In this document: positions 47,601 through 59,695 of the stretch, in pieces
Layout of the letters: each line of letters starts with the position of its first letter
How positions within the stretch are numbered: the stretch's first letter is position 1
DNA from: Chrysemys picta bellii
Taxonomy: Eukaryota
Reading direction: 5' to 3'
DNA: 64,000 nucleotides
Assembly: GCF_011386835.1 (NCBI RefSeq)
Contig: NC_088815.1
Location: 14,942,001 to 15,006,000 of the forward strand
Translations under genes and position numbers: made by a program
The notes under the pieces: generated by a model
Told to the model about the DNA's origin: nothing
The model's input: the letters and a program-made list of their open reading frames with translations, nothing else
The model's database searches: none

Positions 47601-50600
47601 GCTTCTAGGTAAAGTGTGTGTTTGTTTTGTTGGACATTGAGGATCTATTTGGAAATCTTCCATATCAGAAGAGCCTCAATGTGGGGAAATCTTCCAAAAT
47701 CGGGGACTTCTCCATTGCTTCAAAAAATCATTACTTCTTACTTACCAGAAAGTGAATGGAGAAAATATTGCTGTGGAACATTTAGGAAGTTTCCTGTCCT
47801 CAAGATTCATTTTCTAAATCTCTAGAAAAGGCTGATGAATTTGAAAACTGAAGTGAAAATGCTGTTATGTTATGTTTGAACATGTTTCTCTTTAAAAATA
47901 CATTTCATTTTATGCAGATAATGGATATTTGCATAAAGCTCTCAACTGCGACGGGGAAATGTTCATTATTGAGGAGATACAGCTGTTTCAGTCCCCAGAG
48001 CCTGTACAGTCTCTTAAACTGTCTTCCAAAAAGGTAGATTCTCTATCTCTGCATATGCAAAGGGATTGGTATAATGGTATGCTTCAGGCCTTCCTCTTTT
48101 TACACTGTGCATCTGGATTTTCGATGTTATGTGTATACTACATACTCTTTTCTAGCATCACACTGATTAATAATAAAAGCATATATGAGATTTTATCTGT
48201 GGAAGTAGATTTCTTTTGCATTTTAATATAACTGAAACAAACTTTCAAACACACATTTGGCAATTTATATCACTTTTAGTCAAAAGCAATTCCCAAAGTT
48301 TTCATACAGACTGTAATCTCTTCAGGCCAGGAATCTTGTCTTTTCATATGTTCTGCAAAGCACTGTGTATATTCTCATGCTCTTTCATTAGTAATCTATT
48401 ATTTCAAAGTATATAGTTGATTTATTGTCAGATCACAGAAGTTGCTGTCTGGATGCCATAAAGTTTAAAAACTTTCACAGTGCTATAAAATAACAGCTCA
48501 ATGCTACATTTCTAGGGCCTGCTGTATGTAGGGTCTCCATCCCAAGTGGTACAACTCCCTGTTTCAGTATGCAGCCGATATAAACACTGCTTGGATTGTG
48601 TTTTGGCAAGGGATCCTTATTGTGCGTGGTCTGAGTCTTTTGAGAAGTGTTCTCCAGTGGCTAATCAAACAGGAGACTTGCAGTAAGTAAAAAGATATTG
48701 CTTGAGGTCCATACCTGAGCTGATATTTATCTTGCTTTTTAAATTCAGTTCTACAAGTCAGTAAAATGTAACAAAACCAGGATGCATTCTACAGCTAATA
48801 TCCTAAAAGTTTGAACATTTTTACATGCCTTCATGGTGTATTTCTTTTATTCATCTCTCTCTTCCTCTAGGGATTTAATTCAGAGTGTTAAAAATGGTGA
48901 TGCTTCCAAATGTCCTAAAATAGGTACGTGAACATTTATCTTTAATAAAATATTGTTGAAATATAGTAGAATTATTTTCATTTTGTATCATGTGGGTCAT
49001 ATATCTGTGGTCATTGAAATGTCTGATATTTTAGCTAAATTAAAATACAACCCAGGGGTAAAAATGATATTGATTCTTGACAAGAAAACACTGAGCTGAT
49101 TTGGCTTGTTTGTTCTTAATGGTTTTGAACTTGGGGTCAGGATATTCTAGTTCAGACTGAAACCACTAATCTCATGAAAAGTAGAAAACGTGAGCCATGA
49201 CTTTTGAGGCTGTTGGTATGTTTTCCCCCATGCTACAGAAGTCACGTGGGACATAAGAAGTCCTGTTAGCTCTGTTACTGCGACTGACACTTGGTATTGC
49301 TCTGCAGAAATACAGCTCAGATAGTCAGCTATTTTTAAAAAAACTGCTGGTTCAGAGAGAGAAATTTTAAAATATGAATTTGTGATTAATTTTTTAAAAG
49401 TTTTTAATGTTTAAATGTTTGCAGGATTAGGGACTTTAATCTTAAACTGCACTGAAAACTAAGGGGCAGCTATTGCAGATTATAGGTCATCAGTGTAATG
49501 TAGTAAAGTCGAAAGCATTTGTATCCTCAAAGCCCTGTCCAAGCAATATCTAATCCTCACACCTGCTTTGTGAGGCTAGAACAGCAAGTGTGCAAATTGG
49601 GTGTAGAAATTGAGGCACAGAAAGGTGAAGAGATTTACTCAAGGCTACATACTGTGTTAGTCTGTGGCAAAGTGAGAATTTAAACTCAAGTTCCTGAATT
49701 CCAGCCCATATTCAGACTGTTAGATATCACTGGGAATAAGGCCAGCTAGAACCAATCTGTGCTATCATGCCCTTTTAGCAGATGGGAGGAGACAGTTAAA
49801 TCTGTCGATTTCTCTAGTTTATTCACGCACCTTAAAACACTCACTGTCCTTTGTGTCATGTTCCTTAATTAATCGTGATGTTTCTTTGAACATAAATGTG
49901 GCCAGGCAGGTTAAATTAAGGCTTCATTGTTTTTAATTAAACCACCCTTCACAATTTCAGGAAATGTCAAAAACTGTCCCGTTAGCATTGGCAACAGTGT
50001 TCATCTTAAATGCGCGCCCATGTCCAACCTGGCTAGGATGGTGTGGAAGTTTAATGGGAGCAGTCTTCAGGCAGAAGATTCTAAATACCTACTTTATGAT
50101 GGAGGAATAGTCATATTTAATGTGACAGTGGCTGATGCTGGATTTTATGACTGTCATTCTGTAGAGAGCGCTAATGGGAAAGAATTCCCTGTTACTGTGG
50201 CTAGCTACGTTCTTTATACCCAACAGGACAGCGTTTTCATTATTACTAAGAATTACACCACAAATCAACCAAATGCAGACACAACTCTGAAGGTTAAATC
50301 TTTGGTATCATCTTCCTTGCTGAATGACCCAGCAAAACAAAAATCCCTGGAAGACCAAAAAGAGAAGCTTATTTTAAAATTCTTGGGAGCTGGATTTGCA
50401 CTCCTTTTTTCTTCCTTGCTGGTTTGGAACTTTTCCAAAGGCCATCTGTCTGTGCCTTGGAAGAGCAGAGAAAAAAGCTCAAAAACAGCAAATGCAGATT
50501 GTTTGCCAGGTCCACCATTGGCTACAGAAGGGTCGGACGCTATGAGGAAAAGTTCAGCCACGCGAACGAACACCTCCACTGTTAATGAATCAGTACCACT

Positions 50601-50742
50601 TGTGAGCTTTCCTTCAGAAGAGGAACGCAGCGCTAATGTACAACACAACACAAGTCTCACAAAGAGATCTGGCACTTGCAGCTCACAAAGCTGTTTGGTT
50701 GAGGATGAGACGATGTTTCCTATTGAGGAATGTGGAATGTAA
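32615..50742 (+). CDS. Class-4 semaphorin, SEMA4D/SEMA4E-like, complete CDS (816 aa): signal peptide, Sema, PSI, Ig, TM, cytoplasmic tail
   Basis: Coding exons 32615-32723, 33535-33680, 37026-37085, 37676-37774, 38802-38901, 40261-40371, 41897-42048, 42379-42554, 45961-46117, 46502-46724, 47918-48033, 48516-48682, 48871-48923, 49961-50742; 2451 nt, no stops or frameshifts. Motifs [67 protein letters not shown], Ig C...W...DAGFYDC and [18 protein letters not shown]. Confidence 0.93.
34285..34324 (-). ncRNA. Minimal hammerhead ribozyme (intact core)
   Basis: Reverse complement: GCAT-CTGATGA-A-GTGGG-ttctag-CCCAC-GAAA-GCTT-ACGC. Confidence 0.72.
34353..35550 (+). mobile_element. CR1 LINE, 5'-truncated, relatively young
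   Basis: RT peptides [39 protein letters not shown] and [13 protein letters not shown] with a few frameshifts; terminus gatattctatga. Confidence 0.95.
35551..35624. repeat. 74-bp palindromic element (24-bp perfect arms), MITE-like
   Basis: TACACAGTACATGAAAAGATGGGA ... TCCCATCTTTTCATGTACTGTGTA. Confidence 0.85.
35623..35646. repeat. (TA)n microsatellite
   Basis: Read directly from the sequence. Confidence 0.95.
35669..35708 (+). ncRNA. Minimal hammerhead ribozyme with a mutated stem III palindrome
   Basis: GCAT-CTGATGA-A-GTGGG-ttttag-CCCAC-GAAA-GGTT-ATAC. Confidence 0.6.
42743..43634. mobile_element. Probable DIRS-like (tyrosine-recombinase retrotransposon) non-autonomous remnant with two pairs of inverted repeats
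   Basis: 42752-42786 is inverted at 43284-43320, and 43329-43392 is inverted at 43570-43634; no TSD seen. The family call rests on recalled terminal motifs only. Confidence 0.5.
44354..44474. mobile_element. hAT-type MITE (TAGGGTGACCAGA family), copy 1
   Basis: TIR TAAAGTGACCAGAT / ATCTGGTCACCCTA; perfect 8-bp TSD TTTATTCC. Confidence 0.9.
49555..49725 (-). mobile_element. MIR/CORE-type SINE fossil
   Basis: gaaattgaggcacagaaaggtgaagagatttactcaaggctacat, a CORE-like segment. Confidence 0.55.
49961..50742 (+). CDS. Semaphorin last coding exon (Ig domain, TM, tail)
   Basis: Inside ORF 49927..50742; acceptor ttcag| at 49960. Confidence 0.93.
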
Positions 50743-50871
50743 AGTTTGAGTAGGAATCACAAGCCCAAAATCTAGTGAGCCAAGCTGCTAAACATACATT
50801 CATTTTCAGTTGCTGCTTTTGAAAAAGATTGTTACATCAGTTTTTGGTATTTGTTTAACGTGTGTTGCAAG

Positions 50872-50877
50872 AATAAA
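50872..50877 (+). terminator. Candidate polyadenylation signal of the semaphorin gene
   Basis: AATAAA 130 nt after the stop, followed by GT/T-rich sequence. Confidence 0.5.
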
Positions 50878-51059
50878 CGTTTGTTAAAAGTTGGTATTGA
50901 GCTCCTTTTCTGTAACACTGTGTGTTGCTGCACCATTATAGACATTAAAACTTCAGGAGCTGTTAATAATCTTCAGCACTTAAATAGCGCTTTTCACCTT
51001 CAGAGGGTGTCTATTTACTCTACAAATACCACCTTATTAAGTCTTCCAATGTCCCTGTG

Positions 51060-51200
51060 TAGGTATTATCCCCATTGTACAAATGAGATTAAAGGACATG
51101 CTCATGGCCACAAATGGAATCGGTGTCAGAGCCGTGGATTAGCGATTAGAAATTCCTGACTAATCTTCCTGTGCTCACACCACTGACCACGAAGCCTCCA
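51060..51200 (-). mobile_element. MIR/CORE-type SINE fossil
   Basis: gtaggtattatccccattgtacaaatgag...accactgaccac. Confidence 0.5.
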
Positions 51201-54084
51201 TCTTTCTCTCTCTCTCTCTTCTTAGGTCTTTAAATCTTCAAGGCATTGTACACACATTAATCTAAGTTCCTAATGTATTGTAAAGAAGGTCATTAAAAGG
51301 TATCTCTCTCTGTCCCAAACAGCCTCATGCCCCAGTTCATGTACTGCATAACTGATGCAAATGTATTACCTCAGAGCATGGCCAAAATCCAGGTACCATA
51401 ACCCTGTTTGTTAAATATCTTTGAATACCCTATATATTTGCCTGAAACAGTCTCCATCTCCTCCTTGGAGAGCAGCCTAGGTTCTCCGCACTGAAGTCCC
51501 CAAACAAAGAGCTGTTCTGCCTCTCTCCATGTCTAGTGCCAGAGGCATGCAGAGAGTGAGTGGATTCCACTGCTTTCTTCTCTCCTCTCCCAAACATGTA
51601 CAGTTTGCTTTCTCCAGTTCTCAAGTAGCCTTAGAAGCAGAAGTTTCCAGGCCTGCTTTGAACCTGACTCTCCTGGCCAGAAGCACTTTTCTGCCACACC
51701 ACCACATTTGCTTTAAAAAGATAATTGAAAAAGGTGCTTAGAAACCAGGGTGTTGAGCGCAGTATAATGATCGATAGAGAAAAGACCAAATCAGTTGTTG
51801 TTTAATGTTTCCTTCACACTGTGGGTTAAAGTGTTTTTACACTAAAGTAGAGTGCCAATCTCTCCTTTTGAATCCATCTTTTATTCCTTAAACGGTGTGC
51901 TTTACAATAAGGGCCTCTTGTATATCGTTATGTGCAAATGCCACACAAATTGTGGCCTCTGTTGAAACATACTAACACTCAGCAATGTTCATGTTCCCAG
52001 ATCTCTGTTTTGCAGATGCTAATTAATAACCATTTGCACTTTTCAAGGAAAGAGCTAAAGGTGGGAATAGCCATTTGCCTTTCTAGCAGGATCGAGTAAT
52101 GGGGTTGGAGAGTGAGAAGAGGATTTTACATAAAAAATGTACAGCTGAAAATGAAAAGACTGAAGAGCTGCTGCGAAACCATAATGCTAAGGCTTCTCTG
52201 ACTGCAATCACCCGTTGTATCAATGAACTGCAAAGAGCTAGTTTGAAGGTGTGTATCTTGGCCAGAGAATGTGATTTGAAAGGGATTGTACTGCCGTTAA
52301 GAATACCCTTTAGGCAGCGATCTGTTGTGTGGTCTTGACTGAGTTCTGAGCCACTGTGTAAAGAGCTGCGGGAAGATTAATGGTGCAAACTTGACAATAG
52401 CTGTGTAACTAATGACATGGGGGTGATCACAATATCTCATTTCTGTTCTCTTCTGGAGGGCAGGAAACAATAACTGCCTCCCTCAGGGGGAGAAGGCACA
52501 AATGGAACAAAAACCCTGTTAAAGGACACCTCATAAGGTTACTAACACCTGCTTTTAGTGCAATTCCTGCTGATCTAATTACCCTAATTTTAACATGTAA
52601 AATAATTAGCTTCTGAGAAGAGCCATAGATAACCTACTGTTAGCAGGTCAATATGAAAGATATTGTGTGTCCTACTTTCAGCAGAGTCTTCAGTGTGGTT
52701 TATTTTAGTCCCTTTGTCATTGGTGGCCAGGTTGTGCGTATGAAGGACAGAGAAAATGGAGCAGAAGGAGTAAGGACCCAATTCATCTCTGGCCTGGCGT
52801 TGAACTTGGTTCTGGGCCTGGGAGAGGAGGCAGTCCTGGAGCTGTTGGTTCATCTGCCAGCTCAAGTTAGAGAGGCATCAGAGGCTGTTTTCACCTGTTG
52901 CTGTGGCCTTTCTGACTATGCCCCAGTGTCCACTTGAGAAATTTCAAAATGTTCCCATAATTTCTAACACTTGTTCAGCTCCACTGGTGTCAGTGCTGGG
53001 AGCTCTGGTATAGATGGGTCATTGGCTGCTGCATCATCTCACCTTTCTCAGTAAAGCTGACATCATGGTTAAAACATTGGCACTAGGGGTTCCCAGCACT
53101 GTTAACGCTGCTGACAAAGGAAGAGGATTTTAGATACATTTCCCTTCTGTGTATACTGTGAAAGGTTGCAGGTGGAGGGGATACCCCGATAGAGAGAGGA
53201 GGGGGAGGAGCAGCAGTACTGTTGCAGTATCTAAAGGTCCGAGACAGGCACCAGGCCCTGTTCTGCCAGGCACTCTGCACAAATATAACAAAAAGTCCCG
53301 TGCCCCAAAGAGCTTACAGTCTGAGCGAGGGGAAACCTCATGTTTGTCATTTTTATATAAGCTCCGTCTGAAAACTGCTAAAAGAATGGATGCTACCCCA
53401 GCATTTCCTTGAACATGGGCACAGCTTATCATTGTCGTGCAAGCCTGCAGTGCCCAGAAGTTATTAGGGCATGGAAAAGTTAATGTGCAGAACAGGCTGG
53501 AATTAATGCAAACTCTCTTGGGGAAATTCCTTATTAATGCAGGTGACCTAATAAAATCACAAGCAAAAAATGAGCCACGGCTCCTCCAGTAGCCACACAA
53601 TGGAACACCACTGGCGATCTGGTCAGGCGAGGCCTGGCGTTAGACTAGTGGGGGGTTGAGGCACAGTGGCAGTGCTGTTTGTGGGAGCCCTGTGACTCGT
53701 ACCGCTATAAATCAAGACTGAAGCGCATTGGCAGAGCTGTGTTCATGGGGATGCGGAGAAGTCCTGGAATACTGTCCTGCTGCAGGCCCACGTGCATTGC
53801 TAGAAACGTGAATGTGAGCACTTGCACAACTGTTGCCTGCTCTAGTGAGTGCATGTGCTCACACCCTCAGACCCAGGTGCAAACATAGCTGCCAGAATTT
53901 AATGTGCAAAGTATCTGCAACAGACCATTGATTTCTCCCACACACACACCTCAAATGTAGTGGATACTGTTCAAGACGAGATGTGATTTATTTATTTTAT
54001 TTTTTTGGTCCCTATGACAGAAAGACACTGCTGTTCACAGCAGGGGCCTATGTTTGTACTGCATCCAGAATGCTTCCTATGAGT

Positions 54085-54339
54085 ACCCTGCGATCTCTAC
54101 ACGATACAGCTGTGCTGCTGCAGCGTGTGTGGTGAAGACACCCTATGGCGACGGGAGAGAGCTCTCACTGCAGCATAAAATAACCACCTCAGTGAGCGGC
54201 AGAAGCTATGGTGGCGTAGTGCTGTGCACACGAGTGCTTATGTTGGTGTGACTTATGTCACTCGGGGGGAGGGGTTGGAATGCCAACACCCCTGAGCGAC
54301 ATACGTTTTGCTGTCATAAGTGGGAGTGTAGACATAACT
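54085..54339. mobile_element. Degenerate PIF/Harbinger-like MITE
   Basis: Ends ctctacac... / ...gtgtagacataac, similar to the element at 57018; TSD not resolved. Confidence 0.5.
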
Positions 54340-55085
54340 GTGTGTTCTCTATCAACAACTTGGAGACAAATATTTAGGGCCTGATCCTGTATTGCTCTGC
54401 TCTGTGTCTCATCATTTGCAGCTGAGCAAAGGGAATGTAAAATGCTGCTCTTCTAATCTGGTAGCACTTTGCATTCTGCCCTGGCACAAATGATTGAACA
54501 AGGTGCAGGTCATCCAACTATGTAGGGCTAAGTTCATCCCTGGTGTAATGCTGGGGAAGTCAGTGGACTTCCAGCTGGGAAGGGTCTGGCCCATTGTGTT
54601 TGGACAGCACCCAGCACAATGGGGCTCCAGTTCTGATTGGGGACTTGAGTATTATCGTAATAAGTATATTTACTGCAACTGCTAAGCTACCTGCTATCTG
54701 CATGAAGATATATTTTCTTTAATATTGTCTAATCTATTTCCATCCCTAGATCCTAGTGCTTCTGTTTGTCTGTCTGTCCCCATCTCTAGATTCGGGTGTG
54801 TTTTTCTATCCATCCAACCTGCCCTTTATTCATACATCTTCTCTAGGGGCCTCATTCTCCACTGCTTCAAACCTAGTTCAGCTATTTCCACCTGTGCAAA
54901 TTGGATGTAAAATGCGAGCAGATCAAAATGTCCGTGTTTCACACTCGCTCTGCACAGCTGCAGATGATGGCGCAAGGAACAGGGCAGTAGAGGGATCAGG
55001 CTCTGTCTTTCTGAAAGGTTCTGGCTAGATTTAGATAAAAGATGTGGAGTTTGGTTTTTTAAACGTTAGCCAATATGTTTTAAAA

Positions 55086-55243
55086 CAGGGGTCAGCAACG
55101 TGTCCGTGGTAAAAATGTTGAGGTCGGTGGTAATTTTTTAAAAAATGGAATGACTGAATGACATAACCCCTTGCCAATGTCCGTCACTAAGTCCGGTAAT
55201 TTTGTCAGGTGTCCATCACACAACATGGTGGTGCCAACCCTTG
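55086..55243. mobile_element. hAT-type MITE
   Basis: TIR CAGGGGTCAGCAAC / GTGCCAACCCTTG; 8-bp TSD TTTTAAAA. Confidence 0.75.
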
Positions 55244-56145
55244 TTTTAAAATGTTAATGTAGAAAGGGTAAATTGTATTTTAACATGGACTAGCTGATCA
55301 AGCAGCTTTGATCCTAATCTAGACAAACCCAGAGCCTTTATCTATTAGATTTTACAGCTTAAGAAAGTCCAGAAATGGAGGAAGTGGGAAGTGGGGTTGG
55401 GACATCTTTGCGCTGGGCTGGTATCTAGCAGCTTGGTGTTGCAGTGGGTGCAGAGTGCAGCTGTGCCCAGCAGATGGTGCCTCTGAGCCAGATGGAACCC
55501 ATTGGAAATAAAGTGAGGAGAAAGAAAAGAGAAATGTGATGAGATGGGGCAGTTGGCAGAGGAAGGAAGCAGATAAAAAAAATGAGAGAGAGAACAAAGA
55601 AATCGCGACCAAGACGAACAAACTGTGGAGGCAGCTTCACTTTGGGGGCTGTGGAAAGAACTTCCAGGGTATCTCAGTCGCTGGAATAACAGGGAGCAGG
55701 CTGCACTGCTGCAAAGGGTTTGCAAAAGGAGCAAATAATCTGGTGGCTGCTGCCCATGCTGAAGGGAAAAAGGGATCCTGTGAGCAAGAGCGAGGAGGAA
55801 ACTGCCTGCCGGAGACTGCAACATTTCAGTAGCAAAGTGTGCTCCAAAGTTCCCTCCAGGATCCCCTGGGCTGCAGCTCTTGGTGGGGAGAACCCCCAGC
55901 CGGGAAGGTTGCCCTAGCTCTCACCCCCTGCCCCTCCCACGCATGCTTTGGGATTATAGGTCATTTTTGAACAAACAACAAAACTAGCGGATTTCAGAGT
56001 GAAATTCCGGAGGAAATTTAAAGAGCATCCGGATCCGGAGAAAGAGAGAGAGAGAAAGAGGAAGGAAAAAATAAATAAAAACGTGGAGTGAATCTAAGGC
56101 AACCAAAGAAGGGACGAGGAGAAAGAAACTGACACTGACGTGGAG

Positions 56146-56150
56146 ATGGG
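56146..56150 (+). CDS. HOMER3: Probable HOMER3 first exon coding tip (ATG GG|gtgaga, M-G-EQPIF type start)
   Basis: A purine-rich leader ends in GAGATGGG|GTGAGA, the 5-nt coding first exon typical of Homer genes. HOMER3 lies downstream of and co-oriented with SUGP2 in human. The EVH1 exons are not in the window, so the call is indirect. Confidence 0.55.
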
Positions 56151-57017
56151 GTGAGATTGGCAGTTTTATTATTTGCGTGTTGTTTATTGTATTAATAATT
56201 TAAAGACCCTGATGTGTTTTTAATGCAGCAGAGTTGAAGGGATAAGGATTTCGAGTTGCAGTAAAGAAATTCAAGTTTAAATGTGAAAAAGTCCCCTAAG
56301 CTTTAGGGGTTCGGGAAGTAGATAGTTTCAGAGATTTGTAACTTACCTTATGTGACCCAAGGTGTGGGTGGAAGGCTCCAAGGGGATCCATATCTTGTAT
56401 AAAATTCAGAATGGCCCTTTGGGGTGAAGTAAAGCACCTACTACCTTTGCAGCCCTTCCCAGAAGTTAGAGATTTCTGATTTTGTTTTCTGTTGTGTTCA
56501 GTAAAGTGGACCCTACTTACATTTGTAAATGGGTAAATAGCTTGACTGAAAATCTCTGGTCATAACCCCTAAATTCTTTCAGGGGTGAAATATACTCTAA
56601 GTGGCTACCAGGCATTGGCATAGAAATGGGAGTTTAGCCTGGTATTTGATTTATGCATTCATAATAAACCCCAACTGTGTCATTTAAGGATCTGACATGC
56701 TGCTGTGAGTAAGTTGCTTGTGTAATGAACACTTCTGGGCCACTTAGAAGCACGCTGGAGCTGGAGAAAGCCCCTGTCTGCTCCATCTCTCCAAGACTTT
56801 GAGTTTGACATTAGAGGAGAAATAAGTAACATTTTAATGGCTTGTGTTTCTTTTGCTAAGTTTTTGATTTCCCTCTTGGGCAGCCTGGGTTAAAAGACTG
56901 AATAGGGTGAAACAGATTCAGGTGGCAGAAGGGACACAGACATTAATTCCGATCTCAGAGTCTGTGAATCTAGAGTAAATCCATTTAAGTCAGTGTGGTT
57001 TACACTGGGCCAGCTTA

Positions 57018-57303
57018 GGGCAGGTCTTCACTATGGGGGTGGGGTCGATTTAAGATACGCAAATTCAGCTACGCGAATAGCGTAGCTGAATTTGACGTAT
57101 CGGAGCCGACTTACCCCGCTGTGAGGACGGTGGCAAAATCGACCTCCGCGGCTCCCCGTCGACGGCGCTTACTCCTACCTCCGCTGGTGGAGTAAGCGCG
57201 TCGATTCGGGGATCGATTGTCGCGTCCCGACGAGACGCGATAATTCCATCCCCGAGAGATCGATTTCTACCCAACGATTCAGGCGGGTAGTGTAGACCTA
57301 GCC
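57018..57303. mobile_element. PIF/Harbinger MITE, CpG-rich
   Basis: TIR GGGCAGGTCTTCACTA / TAGTGTAGACCTAGCC; 3-bp TSD TTA on both sides. Confidence 0.9.
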
Positions 57304-58929
57304 TTAGATCAGAAACTGTCCCCTGCTTCCCTGTATCATCTCTGCAATCCATATTGTGACTCCCAAACCCTCAGCCTTGGAATTGCCAGGAAGGGTGCAG
57401 CAGGTGGATAGGTTAGGACTGGCATCTTATTTTCCAGGACTATGGGATGGATCCTTCTTCTTGGAACTGTCATGCTACACCCAATGGCTGTGCAGTTTCG
57501 TTAGAAGGTTGCCACTTCTCATGCAAAACGTTGGGATTGTGGTCACTGCGACAGAGTTCTTAGATTTCACTCTAATGATAGTGTCAAGGCAGCAACATTA
57601 TAGTCAACGTGGAGATGACATTTCCACCCAACCCCCTGTCTTCAGTCACAGAGAATTGCTGAGTGGAAAGGTCTTTGTGTTGTGCATAGATTACATGGAA
57701 AGGTTGAATAGCCAGCAGCAGGTTAGTCCCCTGGATTCCCAAGAGATTAGGAAAGCGTCACCTTTGAAATGATTTCCCACCAGTAGGTTTTAGTTGATTT
57801 ATATTTTAAGCAAGGAGTTAGTCCTTACCCCCCATTGACGCTTGTCAGGTTTCCTTGTAACCCTTGTTCCAGTAATATCCATGGTGTAGCTTTCATGGAT
57901 AATTCATTCCTGAACTCGAACATATCTCTGGCGTACTGTAGGTTTTAGAGCATTGCCTTTGTACCTTTAAATAGCTAGTTGTAAATGTCACTTGGGTCAC
58001 AAGGGAAGTGAATTCAGTCACCTCCTAGCTGAGCCCATACTGGGCATTTGTCCACATTTCAAACTAGCACAGGACAGGCTGAGGAAAGGCCTAGCGTTGG
58101 CTGTTGGTCATGCTTCAGGAGCAACAGAACTAAGGTGCGTTGGCAGAGCTGTGCAGGCTTCCCTGTGTGTGACCCCTGCTGTGCAATGAAGACACATGAG
58201 CAGAAATGGGTGTGAGCACGAATGAGTGTTAAGGCCTGGAGGTGCAATACTATATGGGAAGCCCAGGACTGGCATAGTAGGTGTGCTGCAGGTCAGGGCT
58301 GAGGTGTGTCAGCAGAGCTGTGTGCACACCTACGCCTGGTACTAGCTGCTGTGATGGGTCTCGCTTTCTGGAATATGTAAATATTACTTAGATACATTCA
58401 GGACCCATACCAATGGAGGAAGTGGATTGCTGTGCATATAAGCCCCTTGGTTTGTGTGTGGCAAAGGAGGAGCCAAGAGACCTTGGAAACAGTGGGGGAC
58501 AGCCATCCCAGAGTGGTAACTGTGCCAAGTACACTGGGCACCCAGCAGCAGCAGGTCATCCCTGCTCAGGACGCGCCACCGGTGGGGATAGGATTCTGGT
58601 AGAAGAAATGCTTAACAATGTGCTGGGCCTTTAAGTGGAGTCCCTGGTCTCCTTCCCCGTGCCTGAACTTGCATGCTTGGCATTGTGTTCCCCAGGCTAA
58701 TCCGACTGGAGCATATACAGCCAGGATTCCTCAGGCGGCTTTTATCTACAAACAGGCTGGGAGGGAGCCGCTTTTCATTCTTCATACGGAGCTTTCCTGG
58801 CTAATTCTGCAGAGGGAGAAGCGGCCCTCGGTGCTTCCCACCACTGCATTCCCACAAAGCAGTGGTGTGCAGTGTGGAACGGAAGCAAGCTGCAGCTAAG
58901 AGGGCTTGTGAGCCTGAAGGGAAGAGGCA

Positions 58930-59040
58930 GTATCTCTAGTGGTTAAAGCCAGGCGCTGAAAGTCAGGACTCCTGGATTGTATTCCCAGATCAGGAAGGAC
59001 GTGTGATCTAGTGGCTAGGGCAGTCAGGCCCTTAGAGGCA
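58930..59040 (+). mobile_element. tRNA-derived SINE head fossil
   Basis: gaggcagtatctctagtggttaaagc...gtcaggactcctggattgtattcccag (A-box/B-box-like). Confidence 0.5.
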
Positions 59041-59384
59041 GCTGCCTGAGTCCTGGGGAGAAGGAGCGCCCAATCTACGTCCTTTTCACTCGCCCCCTGG
59101 CTAACCTAGGAGTAGCTTTGATGGGCTCTGGAGGGGATCCTGTAGGCTCTCCCCTGCTCCGCCCCAAGCAATGTCACAGGAAAGTCAGCGGGGTTGCAGA
59201 CTAAACTGGGGAGAAAAGTCAAGGCACTGAAAAGGGCATGTTGGGGGAGGGAAAGAAGGAAAGGAGGAATCAGTCCACATGCCCCACATTGCAGTTCTGA
59301 GATCCAGGACTTGGTCTGTCTGACACACACCAGAATCCCGTCCTCCCCCAGGAAAAAACGTCATGTGGAACAATCCTGCTGTCT

Positions 59385-59458
59385 GTGGCCTGCAAAGTGC
59401 AGGAGGTCAGACTAGATGATCGTGCTGGTCCCTTCTGACTTTAGAGTCTATGAATCTT
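59385..59458 (+). mobile_element. CR1 3' tip
   Basis: caggaggtcagactagatgatc..ggtcccttctgac...ctatgaatct. Confidence 0.7.
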
Positions 59459-59504
59459 TCCCCTCATTGAGACCTCTGGTTCTGAGAGCTGATAGAGGGG
59501 AGAG

Positions 59505-59695
59505 CAGTGCTTAATTTGCACCAGCAGGGCCTGGCAGTTCAGAGCCCCGGCACCTCTGGGCTTGGCAGTTCAGAGCCCCGGCACCTCTGGGTCTGGCAGT
59601 TCAGAGCCCTGGAACCTCTGGGCTTGCTGCATCCGTTACGAATGTAAAAAAATTGCTTGAGCCCCAGCACCTCTTTCATTATAAATTAAGCACTG
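59505..59695. mobile_element. hAT-type MITE with three internal 31-nt tandem units
   Basis: TIR CAGTGCTTAATTT / AAATTAAGCACTG; TSD GGGGAGAG / GGCGAGGG (6/8); units start at 59532, 59563 and 59594. Confidence 0.8.

Noticed and set aside
55536-55832. 98-aa ORF upstream of the putative HOMER3 exon
   Set aside because: Purine-rich composition explains the openness; no recognisable domain; TSS unknown.
57065-57772. 95-aa and 138-aa ORFs
   Set aside because: The first lies inside the Harbinger MITE; the second has no homology signal or splice context.
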